NCBI GenBank assembly: GCA_018985225.1
Contig: JADGIF010000430.1
Coordinates: forward strand, 1 to 8,732
DNA length: 8,732 nucleotides
DNA from: Amoeboradix gromovi X-113
Lineage: Eukaryota; Fungi; Sanchytriomycota
Direction: 5' to 3'
The position numbers and the translations under genes were made by a program. Shown piece after piece: positions 1 through 6,700 of the stretch. The notes beneath the pieces are model-generated. The model was not told where the DNA came from and made no database searches. It saw only the letters and a list, made by a program, of their open reading frames with translations. The first letter of the stretch is position 1, and the number at the start of each line of letters is the position of its first letter.

Positions 1-732
1 GAGGCTTGCACTGAATGTCATAGAATACACTGTTTTCTCTCAGAGCACGCTGAGGCATGATTTTTATACTCTGCTCATCAATCAAAGCATGATATTGCGC
101 GTCGCAGGTCTTAGGGTTGTTCTGGCAGAGTATATCGTTCTTCACCTTGCGCAGCTCTCGACATAAGAGGTTTGTTTGCTCCTTCTTGGCCTCTGCTGAA
201 AGGTCACTGTCTTTGATAGCTTCAAGCTGTTCTTTCTTATCAAAGAGACATTCACAAATCTCTCTACGTATGTGCAGAAGCACTGCTTGATGTTGTTCTC
301 ATACATAGTCTCAATCTCTGTCGACATGTAATCAAGAACAGTGTTGAGGTGCCGATAGTTCAAGGTATCCTGCATGATAGGCTGGTAGTGTTCTCTGTGA
401 AATTCGGCCAGTCGTGCCTTTAGCTGCACTGTTCCAGCCTTAGGAGGTCTGCCGCTGGAAGGTGCCTCACAGAGAGTCTTCATCACTGCTGTAATAAATG
501 GCCTATCAAGGTTTGGTAGTAGCTGACCATGATCATAACAGTGGATGAGGTAGAGTTTCATGAACTGGAGCGTATGAGTCATGATGCGACTGGTGAGGAG
601 AGCTACATCGGTCAGCTTCTCTATAACTACAGCATTTTTTACAACACTCTTCAAGCTCGTCTTGATGGTTTGAAAATAGGCTTTCGACTGATCGATATTT
701 TCAGACATACCGTCGGATGGCTGGTTAACCAT
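1..732 (-). pseudogene. Fanzor1-like (TnpB-derived) RNA-guided endonuclease, N-terminal part; 1-nt frameshift at ~242-244; truncated by the window edge
   Basis: ORF 732..142 begins YFQTIKTSLKSVV...THTLQFMKLYLIHCY...LPNLDRPFI...EFHREHYQP...TMYENNIKQCF...RFVN, the N-terminal pattern I recognise from fungal and giant-virus Fanzor1 proteins. Adding one T to TCT TT GAT (242-244) opens a stop-free frame to base 1: DKKEQLEAIKDSDLSAEAKKEQTNLLCRELRKVKNDILCQNNPKTCDAQYHALIDEQSIKIMPQRALRENSVFYDIQCKP. The RuvC motifs would lie outside the window and are not seen. Confidence 0.75.
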
Positions 733-743
733 AGAAACATATT

Positions 744-1106
744 TTATTTTGCGCTCAGGGAACGCGGTCCTTTTTCGAAAAAATATCGTTGAGTTCGAAC
801 GAGATCTTTGTCGACGCGAAGTCTATAATCTTTTCTGATGATGTTATACTTAGGTTTTAGGACGAACCGCAGCAACGATAGCCAAGGTCGATTAGCTTTT
901 TCCGGATAGCGAACATGATCGGCGTTTCTAACTGTGAACCATTGGTACACTTCTGGTAGAAGTTGCATGATATCTTGCTGTTTGATGACGTCATGGTCAA
1001 GTTCATATAGTGTCGTACCATTTTCTGCATCTAAGTTGAGTATATCAATCATTTTGCGCCTGGTTTGACCTTGTTCAACCGCATACAATTCACATTTGCG
1101 TCCCAT
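744..1106 (-). CDS. 120-aa transposon cargo protein of unknown function, between the transposase and the Fanzor gene
   Basis: Clean ATG..TAA ORF that fills the space between the two neighbours on the same strand. Its motifs (K.ELY..EQ; IDILNLD; LYELD.D..KQQ.I..L.PE; RPWLSL.R; RTQRYFF) resemble, from memory, small hypothetical proteins of giant viruses. Confidence 0.75.
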   Translation of the reverse strand: MGRKCELYAVEQGQTRRKMIDILNLDAENGTTLYELDHDVIKQQDIMQLLPEVYQWFTVRNADHVRYPEKANRPWLSLLRFVLKPKYNIIRKDYRLRVDKDLVRTQRYFFEKGPRSLSAK

Positions 1107-1147
1107 CCTTCAGATACACTTGTCTTATAGTTTATTGATGTTTGTAG

Positions 1148-2320
1148 CTACACGCTTGCATCGTCGTCTTCGCTATCGTAGCTGTCATTGCTTTCATCGC
1201 TGTTGCTACCACTTTCATCGCTGTCAAAGTCACCTCCTTCATCCTCATAGTCCTCGTCATCGATCTCATCATCATCACCGTCTTTGTAGTTCTTTGGACG
1301 CCTTCTTCGCGTTGAGCCACCTCTTACTCTTGGTGCATACTCTCCTATACGATAAGCGTACCTGAAATAGTTCACGTAACGTTCTGGTAGTATCTTATCG
1401 CGGATTGTCGCAAAGATATCTGCACGTATACCCGCTAAATTGCGGACAATTGAGGTAGACATGTAGTGTTTGAATTGACTGAACCAGTTTTCAATTGCAT
1501 TGGTTTGAGGATTGTAAGGTACAGTGTACAGCATCTGATTGCCTGTCCGTCTGATCAAGTCTCTGATCGCCTCACCCTTGTGAGCTCCAGCATTGTCAAA
1601 TATAAACAGATAACCTCTATGGCGATGCTGCTGTATAATGGAGTTGACAAATGCAACAAACCGGGTTTGACTCATGGCTCCTTGGTCATACAACTCCCAC
1701 TTCAGCGTTTGCGAGTTGGTGATAGCACCAATGAAAGTGTGCTTTGTAAAAACCTTGTTGTTGTCAGTCTTTTCGATACACTTCTCACCCAGGTTACACC
1801 TGCTGTACGCTCTATACATGAAAGGCGTGAGTGAAGTCTCATCTATACACACAATGCGATCAATGGGATGTGCCACTGTTATCTGATAGAAGTTCCTGAG
1901 ATCTTGCCTCAGATCTGTTTCTCTCCTGTATCTGATTTTAGGATAGTGTCCATGCTTAGTGCGTTTTCGCGTAAGATTGTTGTTCCTGATCACTTTTCCG
2001 AGGTGTTGAGGTGTCACGTTGAAATTGGGATATTTTCCGAGCATGATTGCATGAAGCTCTTTCATTGACATGGTCTGATGCTCGCGAAGGTGATTGACCG
2101 CGTATATAACCTGATTTTCCGTTATCTTGTAAGATACGGCGTCTCTATTCTGTCTGTCGAGCGCACCCTCTGCACCTCCATGCTGCTCATGTCGAGCGAT
2201 CCACCTTCTCAACGTTTTATTATTGCACCCCATGACTCTTGCAGTTTCCGACACGTTGTTCGATACATTGAGGTAATGGTTGATCGCAGCTTCTTTGAAA
2301 TCCTTTGATTTGTGAGGCAT
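1148..2320 (-). CDS. IS630/Tc1-mariner family DD34E transposase (390 aa)
   Basis: N-terminal HTH (VSETARVMGCNNKTLRRWI). Catalytic D160 (CIDETS), D242 (FDNAGAH) and E277 (PYNPQTNAIENWF), with 34 residues between D242 and E277. Basic NLS-like RRRRPKNYK followed by an acidic tail. Confidence 0.95.
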   Translation of the reverse strand: MPHKSKDFKEAAINHYLNVSNNVSETARVMGCNNKTLRRWIARHEQHGGAEGALDRQNRDAVSYKITENQVIYAVNHLREHQTMSMKELHAIMLGKYPNFNVTPQHLGKVIRNNNLTRKRTKHGHYPKIRYRRETDLRQDLRNFYQITVAHPIDRIVCIDETSLTPFMYRAYSRCNLGEKCIEKTDNNKVFTKHTFIGAITNSQTLKWELYDQGAMSQTRFVAFVNSIIQQHRHRGYLFIFDNAGAHKGEAIRDLIRRTGNQMLYTVPYNPQTNAIENWFSQFKHYMSTSIVRNLAGIRADIFATIRDKILPERYVNYFRYAYRIGEYAPRVRGGSTRRRRPKNYKDGDDDEIDDEDYEDEGGDFDSDESGSNSDESNDSYDSEDDDASV

Positions 2321-2382
2321 GTTTTTTTGCCAATTAAGAAATATAATAAAATTAGAAAAAGTTGGAATATCTTAATTTCAGA

Positions 2383-2403
2383 AATTTGGAATTTGGAATT
2401 TGA
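2383..2403 (+). repeat. Subterminal 7-bp tandem repeat (AATTTGG)x2 + AATTTGA
   Basis: Directly visible (aatttgg aatttgg aatttga), immediately inside the candidate terminal inverted repeat. Confidence 0.6.
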
Positions 2404-2426
2404 CATTTTAAATCTTCAACGGTGTA
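2404..2426 (-). repeat. Candidate 5' terminal inverted repeat (CACCGTTGAAGATTTAAAATG) with TA target-site dinucleotide at 2425-2426
   Basis: Lies ~100 nt upstream of the transposase ATG. Begins with CA directly after a TA, as expected for IS630/Tc1-mariner ends. The partner TIR is not in the window, so this cannot be verified here. Confidence 0.6.
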
Positions 2427-2797
2427 AAAGAATTTAATTGGTCAAGAACAATTAGCCTAGTTATTGCATTCGAATTACAATGTAATTTAAAGGTTGCATA
2501 CAAGGATTAATAACAGTCAACACTAAGATTAACTGGGATTTCAAGAGGTTTTGTTTCAGAATATCCACATCTTGTAATTTCTGAGATTTTTGAGTTGGGC
2601 TTGTTACAATAGAAAATATCCCAATCGTATTATGTTTTTCATTTCTTGAAGCATGCATTAGATGTATTTTAGCGATTATTTTAGAACTAGACCCATTTCA
2701 ATTGATGAGAAGGAAGAACACCGAGTTTTATGCCATTGGAAGTATCTGCAAAAAAAGTTATTGGTGCAATAGAAATCATGAAATGGCAATAAACGGT

Positions 2798-3310
2798 TTA
2801 TTCAGCTGAATTCTGCTCAAATTGTTGTTGTGATTTTTGTTCCTTCATCATTTTGGCCACTTTTTGCTGATTAAGTTCATGTTCTTTTCGTTGTTCTACC
2901 TGTACAATTTGTTGAGCTTCAGGAAATATACTCTGTCCCCAGCCAGGCTTAATAAGTTCAGCACTCTCTACTGTATCCATGATTTCATGGCTCAACATTT
3001 CTTCAGCAGCATTTAATTCGTTCCACAAATCATCTCCGACACTTCCATATTTTAGCAAAATAGTAACAGATTGCTTATCTTCTCTTAGTTTTATCATTTT
3101 TTTAATGTTGGCTACAGCTCTCTTCATTAACGCAGGTGCAATCTTTTTGAGCTCCGCTTCTTGTTCGACCAGTTCATTAAATATCTTGGTTTCTTCAAAT
3201 GTAAAATAATCAGTTTTCTTATTAGACTTCCTATATTGAAGAAATTTAACTATTCCGACATATATGATCAATAAAAATCCAATATAACCAACTGCTAAGA
3301 CCAAACTCAT
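2798..3310 (-). CDS. SEC66: Sec62/63 translocon subunit Sec66 (Sec71)
   Basis: N-terminal TM helix followed by Sec66-family motifs ALMKRA..., LREDK..., GSVGDDLW and PGWGQSIF. Confidence 0.9.
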   Translation of the reverse strand: MSLVLAVGYIGFLLIIYVGIVKFLQYRKSNKKTDYFTFEETKIFNELVEQEAELKKIAPALMKRAVANIKKMIKLREDKQSVTILLKYGSVGDDLWNELNAAEEMLSHEIMDTVESAELIKPGWGQSIFPEAQQIVQVEQRKEHELNQQKVAKMMKEQKSQQQFEQNSAE

Positions 3311-4269
3311 TGTTTTATGGGGAACTTATAATTGGACACCAAATACAAAAACTATAATTTCATAACTAGCAGTCTTGCTTTTTTTCATTTGGGGTGTGTC
3401 ATGGGTTTGCTATGCAGATAAATCCAACGACAGGGATCATCAAACTCAAAAATTACTGTCACCAAGACCATCGAGCTATCTTTCCATTTTCTTCATCCGT
3501 ATTCTTAAGCATCCTAAAGTCGTATCTTCTCAACGTCTACGCGAGGCAAGGCGGGACCTTCAAACCTGACGATTTGGACAATCAATAGGAAAAGTAGACT
3601 GGAGGTAAAAGTGATCATAAAAAGAAAGAGCCAATTATTCTTTAGGCGACAAACATACCAAAATTATATTTTACAAGTCTCATCAAACCCTTGCATTCGC
3701 TTTAAATCATTATTAATATCATTAAACTTAAGAAAGTTATGGACGGAGTGAATAGGAATGCTTTTGCAGGTGAATTAGCTAAGAATGTTGAATACGATGA
3801 TAGAGAAACAAAATAAGGTTTGAGAAAATGGAAGTATACGAAATGAAAGTATCTTGTCATTGCAGTTGCAATTTTAAGTACCACAGAAAAACCAATTAAA
3901 GCATTTTGAACAAGAAAGTGGTGTATTTACTTGTTTAAAAGGCATTGAGGTATCTTGTTGCTTAGTTTATAACGTCCATAGATTGCTACTATTTTCCTGG
4001 AAATGATGGCAAGTGTAATTGCATTTAGAAATTTCAGTTCTTCAACTAGTAAACAAGTGCTAAATATGGGATACCTTACTTGCTAACCTTTTCGAGGAAT
4101 TTTTAGGTATTCTCGAGTTACAGCTCGATTGTTTTCTTGAATAATTCATTTATCGCGAATTTGTATGCATTTTTGTATCATTTCAAGACTTTTCCAGATT
4201 TTTCTAATAGCTCAAATACTCGATATTCTTTTCGCAAATGGTAAATCAATTCTAAAGAAATAACTAGTA

Positions 4270-4446
4270 GGTACAGCATACATTCGTCTCAGACTGATAA
4301 GCTGGTCCAAACACGAAAATTCGATGCCATGTACGAGGTATGGTACTTTAAAGAAAATCAATTTAGAAACCTGAACCTGTACAAAGTGTCATTTGAAGAT
4401 ATATAGAGACCATATGGCTGCACGGAACATATACATCAAGTATCTG
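4270..4446 (+). pseudogene. Decayed TnpB/Fanzor2-like nuclease C-terminus (zinc finger + RuvC-III)
   Basis: The frame from 4321 reads SMPCTRYGTLKKINLET*TCTKCHLKIYRDHMAARNIYIKYL, matching the TnpB consensus TS..C..CG...C..C...DRD.NAARNI. Lesions: TGT>TAT at the second Cys, an in-frame TGA at 4372-4374, and probable D>Y. An (HTF)RLRLIS-like segment lies at ~4277-4302. Confidence 0.65.
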
Positions 4447-4566
4447 CATCCTTATTTAATCCCACCTCAGGGTAGTGAAAGCGTGAGCAACCACTGTAAC
4501 GGAGCATCTAGCACTGCTAGTTTCTCTGTGGAAATTCTCGATTTTCTCGGAAATCAGGACTTTTAA
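4447..4566 (+). ncRNA. Possible omegaRNA scaffold relic downstream of the TnpB/Fanzor remnant
   Basis: Position directly 3' of the RuvC-III motif. Short stems: CAGGGT/ACC-A-CTG (4468-4496), CTAGC-ACT-GCTAG (4508-4520), TTTC..GAAA (4521-4534), GATTTT-CTCG-GAAATC (4540-4555). Boundaries are uncertain. Confidence 0.3.
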
Positions 4567-4615
4567 CGAGGAGCATATCCGATAGGCGTCATCACAAAGG
4601 AGGAAACGAATTAAA

Positions 4616-5107
4616 ATGTTACGTAAACTTTTTCAGTCTCAATCTGTTAAGACTAATACACTACAAAAAGGCATAAACTTGCTGGAAAAAAATCAACCTA
4701 AAGAAGCCATTTCTGTCTTAAAGGATGCCATTAAAAAAGGTGAAGATCCTAGCAGCTCACACTTCAATCTTGGTTTGGCATACTACTTGCAAAAGGATAC
4801 CAAAATGGCGATTAAAGAATGGGAGTCCAGTTTGAAAATTGAAAAGAAGCCAGACACATTTGTTAACCTTGCAAACGTCTACTTGTTAATGAAAGATAAT
4901 ACAAAAGCTATAAGGTATTATGAGCAAGCCATAGAGTTAGATCCTTCGGATGGCGAAATACATTTTAACCTTGGAGTTGCCTACGAAAAGAATGGTGAAC
5001 TGGATAAGGCGCTTAACTATTACAGAGAAGCTAGAGATTACGGTGTAGAAGAAGCTGCTAAACATTTTAGAAATGTAGCTGCTAAACAATTGAAGTTTAA
5101 TGAATAA
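4616..5107 (+). CDS. Tetratricopeptide repeat (TPR) protein, 163 aa
   Basis: Three to four TPR units (HFNLGLAYY...AIKEWESSL; FVNLANVY...AIRYYEQAIELDP; HFNLGVAY...ALNYYREA). The basic, acid-free N-terminus might be a mitochondrial presequence. Confidence 0.88.
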   Translation: MLRKLFQSQSVKTNTLQKGINLLEKNQPKEAISVLKDAIKKGEDPSSSHFNLGLAYYLQKDTKMAIKEWESSLKIEKKPDTFVNLANVYLLMKDNTKAIRYYEQAIELDPSDGEIHFNLGVAYEKNGELDKALNYYREARDYGVEEAAKHFRNVAAKQLKFNE

Positions 5108-5129
5108 ATTTTGTATATCTTAAATTTAC

Positions 5130-5312
5130 TTATGCTTGCATTTTTACCAATCTAGCCTTTCGGTCTCCAGCTTTACTGAATCTTTGATTTCTTACAAATT
5201 TGCTATCAACTCCTTTCATAGATGTGTATCTGTATTTTACGGGCGTCTTAATACCGTTTTTGTGATCCTTTGCGTTTTGATTGTGCGAAGTGTGATTCTT
5301 TGATTTGGCCAT
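5130..5312 (-). CDS. RPL29: 60S ribosomal protein L29 (eL29)
   Basis: Hallmark [18 protein letters not shown] and [15 protein letters not shown]; intronless. Confidence 0.97.
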   Translation of the reverse strand: MAKSKNHTSHNQNAKDHKNGIKTPVKYRYTSMKGVDSKFVRNQRFSKAGDRKARLVKMQA

Positions 5313-5857
5313 TTTATCAGCAAATCCAGAAGGAGAATTGTTTTAATCAAAACACGTTTTTATTTTAAAACTATCTACCGTATTCCAAGCGCGGTCGATG
5401 CAATATCAAACATACATGGCAGAGCCACAGCAAGTAGATGCGATCCTCGACCATGATTGTAGAGTGATTGAGATGGTTTATTTCGTTTAAGTGTGGCTCT
5501 TGTTACTCTTACGCTTGCGATATGATCATGGGCGAGTTACAAGAAGGAAATGCAAGAGTCCTGATTTGCGCTTCAATTATGTAAAGAGAAAAAGAGACAT
5601 AGCCGTTTACAGAGGGAGTGGCTCAAGAAATCATGCCAGACCTGCATGATAGATGCTTATCAACGATTTTGAATGCGGAATACCGCGTCAACAGAGCAAT
5701 ACTGCTATCGGCACAGAAATTTCTGCAATGCTTATTTGGCTACCCATGAAGAATGAATTTCATAGTATAGAGTCTCAATAGGCTACCATTATGAGACAGT
5801 CTCTCAGGGAGTATCTCCGACTTCTAGTTCCCGTATTAAGCCTGACCAATATCATAC

Positions 5858-6130
5858 ATGAGCAAGCCCCTATTTGAGATCAAAAAGTTTAATGCTGTAG
5901 CGCTATGGTCATGGAACATTGAAGTAGAAACATGTGCTATCTGTAGAAATAATCTTATGGACCCATGCATAGAATGCCAATCGAATTCTAACCAAGACGG
6001 TGAGTGTACAGTGGCTTGGGGGACTTGCAATCACGCATTTCACTATCATTGCATTAGTAGATGGCTGCAGAGTAGACAAGTGTGTCCTCTGGACAACCAG
6101 CAGTGGGCTTTTCAAAAGTATGGGAGATAA
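5858..6130 (+). CDS. RBX1: RING-box protein 1 (cullin-RING E3 ligase subunit Rbx1/Hrt1/Roc1)
   Basis: [52 protein letters not shown] and the FQKYG C-terminus. Confidence 0.96.
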   Translation: MSKPLFEIKKFNAVALWSWNIEVETCAICRNNLMDPCIECQSNSNQDGECTVAWGTCNHAFHYHCISRWLQSRQVCPLDNQQWAFQKYGR

Positions 6131-6241
6131 AATAAATTGTATTTATAATGCAAAAAGTACTATATACAGAAAACACTTAAAAGCTTTTAAAATTTAGGCT
6201 GGTTTTTGCGGAATATTCTTATTTTTTCACAAAACAAGGGA

Positions 6242-6673
6242 ATGAATACAAATTCTCAAATACATGAACCTCTGGCCAACCAATTTTATTTCCAAATGTG
6301 CAACACACTAAGCAGCAGTAAAGTTAGAGCAATAGGAAACTCGGTGGGTGAACAGATAGTAGAAATAGCTACTTTTCAAACAGCGCCATTTCATGATCCG
6401 CTGGCATGCTTAAAATGGATCGCCAAAGATTTTTGGAATTTGGTATTTAAAAAGAATATAACACACCTCAAAACTGATAGGAAAAATACTTTTATACTAG
6501 AAGATCACGAATTCAAATGGATTTATTCGATACAACAGGATACACTTCAGTACATAGAATTTGCTTCTGGGCTGATCCAAGGAGCAGTCACTGCTTTGTC
6601 TGGGCCATGCTCTATCACGGTGCAAGTGGAGCACCCAAAAGTTATTTTCTTTATTAAAATGGGTGAAGAATAA
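6242..6673 (+). CDS. TRS33: TRAPP complex subunit Trs33/TRAPPC6 (Bet3 family), 143 aa from the ATG at 6242
   Basis: IG.SVG.QIVE, LKWIAKDFWNLVFKKNITHLKTD...FILED..F.W and F.SGLIQGA motifs. The first in-frame ATG is at 6242; the ORF track's TTG start at 6206 is unlikely in a eukaryote. Confidence 0.88.
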   Translation: MNTNSQIHEPLANQFYFQMCNTLSSSKVRAIGNSVGEQIVEIATFQTAPFHDPLACLKWIAKDFWNLVFKKNITHLKTDRKNTFILEDHEFKWIYSIQQDTLQYIEFASGLIQGAVTALSGPCSITVQVEHPKVIFFIKMGEE

Positions 6674-6700
6674 TAAATTGTTAATTATTTTTTCAAACAA

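Larger units (their letters stand above)
1..2424 (-). mobile_element. IS630/Tc1-mariner DNA transposon carrying a transposase, a small cargo ORF and a Fanzor1-like nuclease; 5' end at ~2424, 3' end outside the window
   Basis: Three co-oriented, intronless minus-strand ORFs separated by only 41 and 11 nt. DD34E transposase. Candidate terminus TA|CACCGTTGAAGATTTAAAATG on the minus strand, with TA at 2425-2426. Sampled lines are more GC-rich than the host genes (28/60 G+C at 1-60 vs 18/60 at 4621-4680). Confidence 0.85.

Noticed and set aside
238-250. Programmed ribosomal frameshift in the Fanzor gene
   Set aside because: No X XXY YYZ slippery heptamer at the site; a simple 1-nt deletion is more parsimonious.
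529-2308. Plus-strand ORFs 529..792, 1096..1365, 1466..1834, 1674..1886, 1868..2068, 2078..2308 and minus-strand ORF 1132..1320
   Set aside because: Antisense or alternate-frame shadows of the transposon genes. The His/Arg- and Met/Thr-rich ones simply mirror the acidic tail.
2209-2790. Short minus-strand ORFs 2209..2406 and 2461..2658, and a possible spliced gene starting at ~2780
   Set aside because: No recognisable domain and no convincing intron signals. 2209..2406 overlaps the transposase and its upstream region.
3375-3588. Two overlapping 64-aa plus-strand ORFs upstream of SEC66
   Set aside because: Non-ATG starts and no recognisable motifs; no snRNA, tRNA or snoRNA signature recognised either.
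4597-4604. AAGGAGGA Shine-Dalgarno-like motif upstream of the TPR ATG
   Set aside because: The context is clearly eukaryotic (CCT8 intron, RPL29, RBX1), so this is likely chance.
4616-5107. TPR protein as Sec72, the partner of the nearby Sec66
   Set aside because: Only generic TPR repeats are visible, with no Sec72-specific features I can identify. Proximity alone is not evidence.
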